NCBI GenBank assembly: GCA_030765535.1
Contig: JAVCCH010000086.1
Location: forward strand, 5,930 to 69,929
DNA length: 64,000 nucleotides
Direction of reading: 5' to 3'
Origin: Candidatus Tenebribacter davisii
GTDB lineage: Bacteria > Cloacimonadota > Cloacimonadia > Cloacimonadales > TCS61
In this document: one piece after another, positions 32,001-41,463 of the stretch
Layout of the letters: each line of letters begins with the position of its first letter
How positions within the stretch are numbered: the first letter of the stretch is position 1
The notes under the pieces: model-generated
What the model was told of the DNA's origin: nothing
Databases searched by the model: none
The model's input: only the letters and a program-made list of their open reading frames with translations
Made by a program: the position numbers and the translations under genes

Positions 32001-35000
32001 ATTTTCTGTATCTATATCAAAGACATCTGCTTCATCATATGGATCCTGCGGATTACCATCAGGAAAGTCTGCAGCACCATCGACATGCACATCAATGCCC
32101 ATTACTGTTTCATTTACATCAACAACAGTATAAACAGCTTCATAAGTATCATGAGTTGTTTCATAAACTAACCAATCACCACTTATAAAAGTTATTGTAT
32201 TTAGAGGATCTTCGTTAGGGAATGTAAGCACAGGATCAGCAGTTCCGTCTTTTAGCATAAGTTCGCTGAATTCCACTTCAATAGTAAATTGTCCAACTCC
32301 AACATCATCGTCTGAAATTAATTCAGGATATGCAGTTAAACTAACTACAGTAGGATTTGCTGTATCTATGCTGAAGACAATTTCTTCTTCATAAGGAACT
32401 TGAATATTCCCTGCAGGATCATCTAAAGCTCCCTCTACAAGAACATCTATATCCTGACCTACTTCATTTACATCTGCAACATCATAATGAGCTACATATG
32501 TGTCTATATCAAACCATACACCATAATTAAATGTCAGCGTACTATTTGGTGTAAGTGAAATTACCGGGTCAGCAGTTGTATCTGTTAACATATCTTCACT
32601 ATAATCTACAGTTAATGTAAACATATCAATACCAACAGTAGCATCTGTAATCAAGACAGGATCTGGTGTTAAGCCGGTAACCCATGGATTCTCCGTATCG
32701 ATACTTGCAACATCAGCAAACCAAGTTGGATTTGGATCTTGTAAATTCCCTGCTGGATAGTCGGTACCGCCACTTACCCCTACAGTAAGGTTCAATTCAG
32801 TAGTATTAAGATCAACAACATCGTAATGCCATACATATGTATGTGTATCTGTCCATCCACCAGATATTAATAGTGCAGTACTGAACAAATTCCTTTCAGG
32901 AAGAACGATCTCAGGATCACTCCTGGTAGGTGCAGTCATATCTTCACTAAAAACTGCTGTAAGTGTAAAGGTATCACTACCGACATCTGAGTCAGTAATA
33001 AGATACGGATCAGCTGTTAATGAAAGAACAATTGGATTCTCAGTATCAATATCAAACGCATCTGCTTCATCAAATACAACCTGAGCATTTCCAGCTCTGT
33101 CATCTAAAGCACCTTCTACATGTACATCAATATCCAGAACTGTCTCACCTACATCTATAATGTCGTAGGTCAATACAAAATTAAATGCATCTGTCCACAA
33201 AGGAACGGGATCAATTAACGTTGCAGAAACAACAGGATCAAATTCAATAGTAGGATTTACACCCATATCCATCTCTTCGTCATACTCCAAGGATACAGTG
33301 AATAAACCTCCTGCATCAACATCTGTAATAAACAAATCTGAAAGTGTCATATTAACCACTGCCGGATTTTCTGTATCTATACTTACTACATCTTCTTCCA
33401 TATAGTAAATCTGAACATTTCCAGCTGGATCATCGGTAAATCCTGAAACGTATATATCAATATCCAGTTCAGTAGTGTTAATATCAACAACATCATAATG
33501 CGCTACATATGTTTGCGGATTTGGCCATTCATCGTATGATAAAGTTATAGTACTGAACAAATACCGTTCAAGACAACCGATCTCAGGATTACTCCTGGCT
33601 AATGGGTACATATCTTCACTAAATACAACCGTAAATGTAAATTTATCTACACCAACATCTGCATCAGTAATAAGAGCCGGATTGGCTGTTAATGAAACAA
33701 CGGTTGGATTCTCAGTATCTATACTGAAAACATCCACCTCATCATAAGGAACTTGGTCATTCCCCGCTGGATCATCTAGCGCACCCTCAACATGTACATC
33801 AATACCTACTATATCTACTCCGTCATCGCTTACATCATATGTCATCTCGAACACTGTATTGCTAAGCCATACTGGTGTTGGATTTGATAAGGTTGATGGT
33901 ACAAGAGGATCAAATACAATAGTAGGATTTACGGTCATATCCATAACTTCAGAATATTCAACTTGAACAGAAAAGTTTCCTGCTCCTGCATCGGAATCTG
34001 AGATTAGAATCATTGATGGTGTAATAGAAACTACGGTAGGATTTTCTGTATCTATACTGAATACATCCACCTCATCATAAGGATCTTGAGGATTTCCCGT
34101 ACAAGCTTCTACAGCACCCTGGACATGAACATCAACAAAGGGTACAGTTTCATCTACATCTATAACATCATAATAAGCAACGTAAATGTCATAGCAATAA
34201 TAACAATCTGCTCCTTCACTCTGCTCCTCACCTCTATTTTCGGCTTGTTGTTGGGAATACCACTCACCATAACTGAATGATATTGTATTCAATGGATTCT
34301 CAACTGGGAATGTAATATCCGGATCTATGTTTTCATTCATACATTTATCGTAAACAACAGTTAGAGTAAACATATCATCTCCAACAGTTGCATCTGTAAT
34401 TTCTACAGGATCTGGCCATAACTCAACAACTTCCGGACCATCAGTATTTATGTCGAAACCTTCTTCTTCAGTAAATGGAATTTGAGTATTTCCGGCCGGA
34501 TCATCTATAGCGTCAGTTATCGTATAACCAACACAATTTTCAATAACATCATTATCTATAACATCGTATGTCATCACAAATGTATCAGAATCTGTCCATA
34601 ATGGAACAGGATTTATTAAAGTTGTAGATACATCAGGATCAAATACAATAGTTGGATATACAGTCATATTCATATTCTCGCTGTAATCCACTGTTAATGT
34701 GAATGTGGTGACAAGAGCGTTAATAGAACCTGGATTCGCTGTTACTCCGGTAACCCATGGATTCTCTGTATCAACACTTACACAATCTTCTTCCATATAA
34801 GGAATCAGATAATTCCCAGCTGGATAATCGGTACCACCTGAAAGATAGATAGTGATATTAAGTTCAGTAGTATTTTCATCTGATACATCATAATGCCAAA
34901 CTTTTGTATATGAATTTGTCCATTCGCTATATATTAAGGTTATAGTATCGAACAGATATCTTTCCTCAAGATAAATCTCAGGCTCACTCCTGTCAGCTGG

Positions 35001-37217
35001 AATCATATCTTCACTAAATACTGCCGTAAATGTAAAAGTATCTGAACCAACATCTGAGTCAGTAATAAGAGCCGGATTTGCTGTTAATGAAAGAACGGTT
35101 GGATTCTCAGTATCTATATCAAAAGCATCCGGTGCTGTATATGGTACCTGGATATTCCCAGCTTCATCAACAGCATCAGCTACGGTAATATCAATATCCT
35201 CAATGTCTACTCCAGCATCCGCTATGAGATAAGTCATCTTGAAAAGTGTAGAGCTAAGCCATAATGGCGTTGGAGTTGGTAAGGTTGATGATACATCAGG
35301 AGCAAATTCAATAGTAGGATTTACGTTCATATCCATTGCTTCATAGAATTGTACCATAACTGTAAATGGTGTTCCAACTTCAGAATCAGTAATGAAAGGA
35401 GGAGTTGCTGTTAATGCATCTACCATTGGATTATCGGTATCTATGCTGAATACTTCCTCTTCAGTATATTCAATTTGAACATTTCCAACTTCATCTTCTG
35501 CCTCAGCAACGGTAATATCAATATCGTCAACTTCTATTCCTGCATCTGCTACATCATATGTCATCACAAATGTATCAGAATCTGACCAGTCAGGATCAGG
35601 ATTTGATAAAGTTGATGCTACATCAGGATCAAATTCGATTGTAGGATTTACAGTCATATCCATATCTTCAGAATATTCAACTGTTACAGAGAAGTTTCCT
35701 ACTCCTACATCCAAATCTGAGATTAAAGCAATATTAGAAGATAAGGAAAGAACGGTTGGATTAAGAGTCTCAACCTCAAAAGCATCTACTTCTATACCTT
35801 CAAACTGGACATTGCCTGCTTCATCTTCGGCATCATTAACTGTAATGTCAATATCCTCAATTTCTACTCCAACATCAACTACATCGTATGTCATCACGAA
35901 TGTATCAGAATATGGCCATGAAGGATTAGGATTAACCAATGTTCCAGAAACAGCCGGATCAAATACAATAGTAGGATTTACCATCATATCCATATCTTCA
36001 TTATAAACAACTTCAACTGAGAAATTGCCAGCTCCTGCATCAATATCTGTGATCATAATATCTGACGGTGTTATACTTCGAGCTGTTGGAGAAATACCAT
36101 CTTTAATATTAACCCATGTAATTACAGTGTTCTGATCACCATAAATATCCTCAATGCAGAGAGTTGCAGTTAATCTTAGTCTATTGATACCAATTAAGAA
36201 AGGTGGTATGTCTGCAATTTCTAAAGTTACGATAGGACCATTTACAGCAAAAGCTACTATTGGAGAAGGAACAGGAGTATCCAGAACTACTTCAAAATCA
36301 CTGATCTGAACGCTAGAGAATTCAATATCTTCTGAAAAGAAAACATCAATGTAAGTATCTGCACCATCCTCCCTAGTTATTGCTTCCTCGATATAAGGTC
36401 CACCGCCATATACAGCAAGGTTAGCCATTGGATCACGTAGCGCAAACGGGTTATCGAGCATAGTATTGTGAAATCCTAATCTTGGTAACATCGGCACATA
36501 GCCCACGGTGGGATTCCCGCCATTTAATAAATTAGGATTGGGAATGTCCATCACATACGTATCATTTGGTAAGACTGTAGTTTCAAAACTGTCATGTTCC
36601 AAAGGAATTCCGGCGAATATACCATCTGTAAATTGGAAGATCGTAGTTGGATCATCGAAAGCACCTTGAGGAAACCAGGTCGGATTCAAAGGCTCTGTAA
36701 ATCTTACTTTGATCTTATCAACATAATCATCTGAATTTGTATCGAAAGTATTCAGTTCAATAAGTAGAGGTGAAGCACCGTCAAATACAGGCTGCGGTGT
36801 AAATGTCTCTAAATATTCACCATAGATGTCCATAATTCTTCGTGTCGGATTACTGATATACCACAAAGTAATATCACCAGTAAAACCTGTTCCAAGATTA
36901 CTAGGCATAGTGATATGAGCTCTGAATATGTTATCACCTGCTGTCTCACCTGTATCCAGATAATCTATTATAAGGGCATAAGAACCACCTACAATAAAAT
37001 CACTATTAATGCCAGCCGCATTAAGTGCCACCCAATCGGTAGCACCTCCATCATCATCGATTGAGTTGGACATATAGATATCGAATGCATCAATCCAACC
37101 ATCCAAGTTATCGTCTTCTGTTACAATATTGCTGACATTGCTTCTCTCTTGAGCAAAAGCAACAGTAAATAAACTTAAAATCAGCAGTATTACTAATAAG
37201 CAACTAATTTTTTTCAT
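29040..37217 (-). CDS. Giant acidic secreted/surface protein (2725 aa) with 14 tandem Ig-like repeats, cadherin-like/PKD domains and C-terminal T9SS-type-A/FlgD-like sorting domain
   Basis: Signal peptide; repeats end in DTENP; VNNVNDAP; C-terminus LYQNRPNPFNP..IFNMKGQ..SSGVYFYRL..KKMLLLK. Confidence 0.85.
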   Translation of the reverse strand: MKKISCLLVILLILSLFTVAFAQERSNVSNIVTEDDNLDGWIDAFDIYMSNSIDDDGGATDWVALNAAGINSDFIVGGSYALIIDYLDTGETAGDNIFRAHITMPSNLGTGFTGDITLWYISNPTRRIMDIYGEYLETFTPQPVFDGASPLLIELNTFDTNSDDYVDKIKVRFTEPLNPTWFPQGAFDDPTTIFQFTDGIFAGIPLEHDSFETTVLPNDTYVMDIPNPNLLNGGNPTVGYVPMLPRLGFHNTMLDNPFALRDPMANLAVYGGGPYIEEAITREDGADTYIDVFFSEDIEFSSVQISDFEVVLDTPVPSPIVAFAVNGPIVTLEIADIPPFLIGINRLRLTATLCIEDIYGDQNTVITWVNIKDGISPTARSITPSDIMITDIDAGAGNFSVEVVYNEDMDMMVNPTIVFDPAVSGTLVNPNPSWPYSDTFVMTYDVVDVGVEIEDIDITVNDAEDEAGNVQFEGIEVDAFEVETLNPTVLSLSSNIALISDLDVGVGNFSVTVEYSEDMDMTVNPTIEFDPDVASTLSNPDPDWSDSDTFVMTYDVADAGIEVDDIDITVAEAEDEVGNVQIEYTEEEVFSIDTDNPMVDALTATPPFITDSEVGTPFTVMVQFYEAMDMNVNPTIEFAPDVSSTLPTPTPLWLSSTLFKMTYLIADAGVDIEDIDITVADAVDEAGNIQVPYTAPDAFDIDTENPTVLSLTANPALITDSDVGSDTFTFTAVFSEDMIPADRSEPEIYLEERYLFDTITLIYSEWTNSYTKVWHYDVSDENTTELNITIYLSGGTDYPAGNYLIPYMEEDCVSVDTENPWVTGVTANPGSINALVTTFTLTVDYSENMNMTVYPTIVFDPDVSTTLINPVPLWTDSDTFVMTYDVIDNDVIENCVGYTITDAIDDPAGNTQIPFTEEEGFDINTDGPEVVELWPDPVEITDATVGDDMFTLTVVYDKCMNENIDPDITFPVENPLNTISFSYGEWYSQQQAENRGEEQSEGADCYYCYDIYVAYYDVIDVDETVPFVDVHVQGAVEACTGNPQDPYDEVDVFSIDTENPTVVSITPSMILISDSDAGAGNFSVQVEYSEVMDMTVNPTIVFDPLVPSTLSNPTPVWLSNTVFEMTYDVSDDGVDIVGIDVHVEGALDDPAGNDQVPYDEVDVFSIDTENPTVVSLTANPALITDADVGVDKFTFTVVFSEDMYPLARSNPEIGCLERYLFSTITLSYDEWPNPQTYVAHYDVVDINTTELDIDIYVSGFTDDPAGNVQIYYMEEDVVSIDTENPAVVNMTLSDLFITDVDAGGLFTVSLEYDEEMDMGVNPTIEFDPVVSATLIDPVPLWTDAFNFVLTYDIIDVGETVLDIDVHVEGALDDRAGNAQVVFDEADAFDIDTENPIVLSLTADPYLITDSDVGSDTFTLTAVFSEDMTAPTRSDPEIVLPERNLFSTALLISGGWTDTHTYVWHYDVVDLNTTELNLTVGVSGGTDYPAGNLQDPNPTWFADVASIDTENPWVTGLTPDPVLITDATVGIDMFTLTVDYSEDMLTDTTADPVISLTPNSTLTFNYGVWFDIDTYVAHYDVADVNEVGQDIDVLVEGALDDPAGNIQVPYEEEIVFSIDTANPTVVSLTAYPELISDDDVGVGQFTIEVEFSELMLKDGTADPVLTFPNEDPLNTITFISGDWLVYETTHDTYEAVYTVVDVNETVMGIDVHVDGAADFPDGNPQDPYDEADVFDIDTENPYVISVVADPLLITDSDEGPDMFTLTINYNENMYPDSRVMSDPLITFPVEDPSSTIVFSEGSWIDTDSYMAYYDVYDAGVTIWNIDVHVEGATDYPALNIQIPYDVADVFSIDTENPTVVSLIASPLLITDADVGTSMFTLEIGFSGSMMMTGIADPVITFPNEDPGTTIILNHGEWLYTDTYIAYYDVADAGVTLPDIDVHIEGAEDYPAENVMVPYEEADVFGIDTENPLSEVTSAMYNTAIACIEVEWEAYDYNGIQQVELYVNHDGLGFILADTDVTGNEDGTFSYCLEASSFICAEGLYEFYTIATDVPGNIETDIDPIVPVEVDIIATGFDITTTPESPEYGTYFSVNVAALDDAGMLDCDYSNVIHFLSNYPDDVTLPNEPYQTYGYQVYDNCISFEIMSDLVIEAYGMYPFENHSYSDPIEILYPTIEPPTNTTAYDVPGDEGGWIYIDYELSVNDPFHNEAEMPSIDYYVVESDADTTAAQNWQAVANVYLYDPPVENNASVMLQVPNGFVEYDYRMAAVIIDGSSSSDEMANMKSMNKEGPMVVYIHESGNSDDTWQSVWAYCGAAAGYPNANAVPFVQYPIVDFSFDEDTTDSSIDLNNVFDDEDLAYGDFLTFTYTGNSNIDVSVYEGIVTLTPDADWFGFEDIIFTATDDSMASVTDEVRVTVNNVNDAPVIIEFDPSASSITINETEMQTFLVIATDIDSEILAYQWFVDDIMQVDQTVSTYTYESDYYSAGTYLIKCIVDDGISEREGKVSKIDKSVESAMNKEESRASVSQEWELIVIDSDQSVVVNELVPDVGTIIIDEGEIINFSVDAFDPDGNDLEYSWQIDGVEQSIEATYDFITDENSAGEYEITLNVTDNFGEGESRDAIYYAWNVVVENVLDSGIVLTPLVSKLYQNRPNPFNPDTCILLDISENETGVLTIFNMKGQIVETQRFNSGTHNYLWNADNCSSGVYFYRLITDSKTETKKMLLLK
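31308..36089 (-). repeat. 14 intragenic Ig-like repeats of about 114 aa
   Basis: Counted 14 units of pattern P.V.SLT..P.LITD.DVG...F...V.YSEDM...W...YDV.D...A.D..AGN.Q...FSIDTEN. Confidence 0.85.
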
Positions 37218-37324
37218 AATTTCCCCCCGAAATTATTCAATTTAGTTAGCTACGAAAGTACATTAGTACTATTCATAATTCAATGTAAAACTAGATTGCG
37301 AAATTTTGCGATGTTATATATTAA

Positions 37325-37454
37325 TTAGCAGATTTTTATAAAAAAAAGACCTCAATTTAAATAGACAATAAAAAAGTTAGCAGCCTTTTAAAATGACCTC
37401 AATTTACAATTACATTTTAAACTTAGCAGTTTTACTTTCATAAAACCTCAATTT
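37325..37454 (-). repeat. Three copies of bipartite motif AAATTGAGGT-N(12-17)-CTGCTAA upstream of the giant gene
   Basis: Plus strand TTAGCAG at 37325, 37377, 37423 and ACCTCAATTT at 37349, 37396, 37445. Confidence 0.85.
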
Positions 37455-37604
37455 GACATCATTAATACCATATTTTTTGAATCTTGAGATTTTTTTTACG
37501 TACTAATACATCCTAAGCTTACAGAATCACAAATTTCTGAATTAAAATATTTTTTACAATTTCATGGCACTTGTGTTTGATAATTTATTTTTTTAGTACC
37601 GTAT

Positions 37605-37632
37605 AAATTTAAAACTCGATTTCCTTTGTCAA
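37605..37632 (-). promoter_or_regulatory. Candidate promoter for the giant surface protein gene
   Basis: TTGACA at 37632-37627 with AT-rich TAAATT about 15 nt downstream; the -10 match is weak. Confidence 0.4.
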
Positions 37633-37842
37633 CAACTTTTTTATATTTAAATTATTATATGAGTATATATTAGACTTTAATTTGCATTATTAACTATTTA
37701 TTATAAATATGCGCAACTAAATAATTTATATTATTTATTATATATACATATACATTAATTATAATTAATAACTTCTAATAATTAATATATATGTCAGTGT
37801 AAACAATTTTTGCAAACTTAGTAACATAAATATTTAACTAAT

Positions 37843-39138
37843 TTATTTTGAACTGCATGCTTCACAAAGGTGATGCTTGCAATATTCATAATAGATATTT
37901 AGCAGTCCCTGCTGATTGATCGCATTTCTTTTAACTATCTTTTTCTGTTCAATATTAAGGAACTTTTCCATGTATTGAGTAAGAAAATTTGAAGGTAATC
38001 CTGAAAAACTTTGGTAAATGGTATATACAGTTCCTTCCAAATTATTATATTTCTTTTCTCTGGAATAAACTACTGCAAGAGGAAGAATAATATTAATTAG
38101 CAAGGTGTCAATACGTGTTTTGCCAAGTTTATATCTTTCCGGGAGATAATTATTTTTTATTTGGAAATAAGCGTATAATTTATTCTTAAAATCTCTTAAT
38201 ATAAAATTATCTTTTGGAAAAGAAAATGGTTTCAAAATATTATGAAAGATAGATGTTTCCAGGCTATCATAGATAATATCCGTAACCTGCAATATTCTCA
38301 CTGCAGGATGATTAATGGGTCTTACCCTAAATAATTTCCAGCTGATATCGAGAATCTGTATTTGTGGAAATTTTTGAAAAAGCGATATCCATTTCAGTTT
38401 CTGTTCATTGCAGATAATTGAAGGGATATGTTCAATTATTCCGGAAGAACATAATAAGATCGAAATGAACTCTTCTTTTGTCATACCTTTATTATAAAAT
38501 TCTTTAAGATTTTTATAAGTCAAATTTGAAGCTATCTGCATCATTTGATATTTATTCTTACTGTAACCCAATGCTTCCATAAAGCCCATATAGAATAGTT
38601 GATCGAAATCACTAAAGAAATGCTCAGCCGTAAATCTTTTAATTTTCTTCTCAAATCGCTTCATTCCCATCTGTTTGAGAAATTGTTCTGTTTCAGTTAT
38701 ATTCATATTATTGAATAAATCACAAGATCTATCTTTTTCTGAATACGGTTTATTAGAGTAGTGCTTAATTAGTTTACTTATATCTTCAGTTAATTGATCT
38801 TTAACCTCAAGAATCTCAATTCTAGTGCCATTTTCACTGATTGTATATGGTTTTTTATTTTTATTTTCGTAAACTAAATGCAATAAAACATTATTAAATT
38901 CGGGATTCTCATGATGAGAATGTGATTTCCAGTGATATGATGTTAAATCTATTTCAACATCTCCCTTAAGAGTTTGAGTATCTACTTCAATTATCGCATC
39001 TTTGAAATCTGGTCCGGAATCTGTATTCCAGCGACCAGGGAATTTAATATTAACTTGCTTTCCTGATTGTGTAAATAATTTTTCATTTAAATGTTGAGCA
39101 TCCCAGATATGATACAAAAATTCTTCAGTAAACTTCAT
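37843..39138 (-). CDS. DUF2851 family protein
   Basis: EEFLYHIW, PGRWNTDSGPDF, GDVEI, WKSHSHHENPEFNNVLLH, RVRPINHPAVRI. Confidence 0.85.
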   Translation of the reverse strand: MKFTEEFLYHIWDAQHLNEKLFTQSGKQVNIKFPGRWNTDSGPDFKDAIIEVDTQTLKGDVEIDLTSYHWKSHSHHENPEFNNVLLHLVYENKNKKPYTISENGTRIEILEVKDQLTEDISKLIKHYSNKPYSEKDRSCDLFNNMNITETEQFLKQMGMKRFEKKIKRFTAEHFFSDFDQLFYMGFMEALGYSKNKYQMMQIASNLTYKNLKEFYNKGMTKEEFISILLCSSGIIEHIPSIICNEQKLKWISLFQKFPQIQILDISWKLFRVRPINHPAVRILQVTDIIYDSLETSIFHNILKPFSFPKDNFILRDFKNKLYAYFQIKNNYLPERYKLGKTRIDTLLINIILPLAVVYSREKKYNNLEGTVYTIYQSFSGLPSNFLTQYMEKFLNIEQKKIVKRNAINQQGLLNIYYEYCKHHLCEACSSK

Positions 39139-39193
39139 AATAACTCCTTGTTAGCAATGAGTTTCGGCTAACTTACATCATGTCATTAAAAAA

Positions 39194-40291
39194 TTATATA
39201 ACAGGAAGGAATATCTCTCTTCTCCAAGTTTTAAGCAACTTATTACAAGACAAATTATCACTTTTTTTATCTTCTAAAAATTTTACCAAATCCGAACGTG
39301 TAGCGATTAATTCAACAGGCATATTTAATTCATGTGCCTTATCAGCAATAAATTTCTTAAGTTTTATTAAATCATTGTTATTGATTATTATTCTTTGATG
39401 TTTTAATTGTAATTTTTCTTCATGAACTCTAGCTTTTTGTAATATTTTAATGATTTCATGACCATACTTCTTAATTTTTTCAGTTAGCATACCCTCTACA
39501 TTTCCCAGTTCAGCGATATTTTTTGGATCCTTCATTACTATTTTAAATAGGATACCATCCTTAAAAATAAAAGTTTTTGGAATATTTTTGTTTTCAGCTT
39601 CCGTTTCTCGCCAAGCTGCTAAATATTTAAGAAGTTTAATATTATAATTGGATAATCTATTGATTATCTTAAACTTAAGGTATCTCTCCTCAGGACTAAT
39701 TACCCGGTATGAATCCTTATCTTCATAAATTTTCATTTCATCAATGAGCCAATTCTCTAATCCATTATTTCTGGCTCTTTTTAGTAGTATCTCACGCATT
39801 TCACACATGTAGGTAACATCATCAATAGCATACTTGATCTGATTTTTCGTTAAAGGTCTTCTAGTCCAATCAGTTGTCGTTTCACTTTTGGATAAAGATA
39901 CATTAAATAATTCATAAATTATTTTTGCTAAAGATGCAGTATGATCTAAACCGGCAAAACCAGCGGCACGACGGGTATCAAATATATTTACAGGAACTAC
40001 GTAATTACAAGATCTTGATAATATTAACAGATCCTGATGCGCATCATGCAGTATCTTAATAATATTTCTGTCAGCTAATATTTCTCCCAAAGCAGTGATA
40101 TCTTTTAGGGCTATCGTATCAATTAGATAGTATTCATCTTTTGAGAAAGCAGCCTGGATCAATCCTAAAATGGGATAATATGTTTTTCTCCAAAGAAATT
40201 CTGTATCAAGTGCTATGACTTTTTGCTGTTTTGCTTTTACAATAAATTCATTAAATTTATAGTTTGTATCAATATAAAAATTATCGTTCAA
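39194..40291 (-). CDS. rnd: Ribonuclease D with HRDC domain
   Basis: ALDTEF..TYYP.LGLIQ, ILHDAHQDL, FDT, DWTRRPL..QIKYAIDDV, WRETEA. Confidence 0.9.
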   Translation of the reverse strand: MNDNFYIDTNYKFNEFIVKAKQQKVIALDTEFLWRKTYYPILGLIQAAFSKDEYYLIDTIALKDITALGEILADRNIIKILHDAHQDLLILSRSCNYVVPVNIFDTRRAAGFAGLDHTASLAKIIYELFNVSLSKSETTTDWTRRPLTKNQIKYAIDDVTYMCEMREILLKRARNNGLENWLIDEMKIYEDKDSYRVISPEERYLKFKIINRLSNYNIKLLKYLAAWRETEAENKNIPKTFIFKDGILFKIVMKDPKNIAELGNVEGMLTEKIKKYGHEIIKILQKARVHEEKLQLKHQRIIINNNDLIKLKKFIADKAHELNMPVELIATRSDLVKFLEDKKSDNLSCNKLLKTWRREIFLPVI

Positions 40292-40347
40292 TTTAATTTA
40301 CTCCCGTTATTAAAACATTATTTATCAACAAATAAAAAACAATTATG

Positions 40348-41448
40348 TTAATTTTTTACTTGTTTACTTACTTCTTTAGCAATTGCAAAACAGGAGGTTA
40401 ATCCAGGAGATTCTATCCCTATGCAATTTATAAAGTTACGAAACCCTTTCTCAGATTCTTCTTTAATATAAAAATCTCTAAAATTTCCATCTTCTTTTTG
40501 AAGTTTTGCTCTAATTCCACTATCATCAAGATGAATATCTTTATCGTTTACTTTTATATAATTATTTATAGCTTTGAGGAACTCAGGTTTATACTTCTCA
40601 TTCATTTCGTAATTTACAGTATCAACGTAATAAGCATTTGGTCCGAAACGTACTTCTCCCTGCAGGTTAATGGTTAGATGAATTCCCAGAAATATTCCTT
40701 TTGGATCAGGAACAGGATAGACCAGATGATCAATATTTTTTATTTTTGAAGATTTATAATATTCACCCTTGCAAAAATGTAATTTGAGGTCTTCTCTTTC
40801 TATATCAATCCCTACCATTTCTGCAATTTTATCTGAGTAGAGGCCGGCACAGTTGATAACTGAACTTGCCTGGTATTTTTCTCCATTTACAAACGTTACA
40901 ATATATTTACCATTTTGGTAATTGATGGATATTACCTCCATATCATAAACAATAAATGCACCTAGTTTCTCAGACTCAATTTCTATTTTTCTCATCAGTT
41001 TGTGAGAATCTACTATTCCTGTTGATGGTACTTTTAATGCGTATTTGGCGATTATCTGCGATTCTAAAGCCTTGCATTCTTCTTCATCAATGATCTCTAG
41101 TTCATTAACTCCGTTTCTTTCACCATTCAGTTTTAATTCTTTTAGGACTTGAAGTTCTTCATCATCTTCAGCGATAATTAGTTTCCCGCAATTTTTATAT
41201 GGAATTGAATATTGTTTTACAAACTGATAAAGGTCTATTGCTCCATTAACGCATAGTTTAGCTTTTAAAGATCCCTGCGGATAGTAAATTCCAGAATGGA
41301 TCACTTCACTATTTCTACTGCTTGTATGTCTTCCAAAAGAGTTTTCTTTTTCTACAACAACAACATCCTCAAATTTAGCAGAAAGCTCTTTGGCAACAGC
41401 TAATCCCACTACTCCTGCACCAATAATGAGGATATCTATCTGCTCCAT
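40348..41448 (-). CDS. FAD-dependent oxidoreductase, L-2-hydroxyglutarate oxidase (LhgO)-like
   Basis: IIGAGVVG, TSSRNSEVIHSGIYY, KGEYY, LGIHLT, GIESPGLTS. Confidence 0.88.
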   Translation of the reverse strand: MEQIDILIIGAGVVGLAVAKELSAKFEDVVVVEKENSFGRHTSSRNSEVIHSGIYYPQGSLKAKLCVNGAIDLYQFVKQYSIPYKNCGKLIIAEDDEELQVLKELKLNGERNGVNELEIIDEEECKALESQIIAKYALKVPSTGIVDSHKLMRKIEIESEKLGAFIVYDMEVISINYQNGKYIVTFVNGEKYQASSVINCAGLYSDKIAEMVGIDIEREDLKLHFCKGEYYKSSKIKNIDHLVYPVPDPKGIFLGIHLTINLQGEVRFGPNAYYVDTVNYEMNEKYKPEFLKAINNYIKVNDKDIHLDDSGIRAKLQKEDGNFRDFYIKEESEKGFRNFINCIGIESPGLTSCFAIAKEVSKQVKN

Positions 41449-41463
41449 GTTTTCCTTTTAAAA

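Noticed and set aside
37388-37441. Leader peptide MKVKLLSLKCNCKLRSF after GAGGT
   Set aside because: RBS-ATG spacing is only 3 nt, and the other two repeat units have no start codon.
37325-37454. CRISPR array interpretation of the triple motif
   Set aside because: Conserved blocks are only 7 and 10 bp, variable parts are 12-18 bp, and there are no cas genes in the window.
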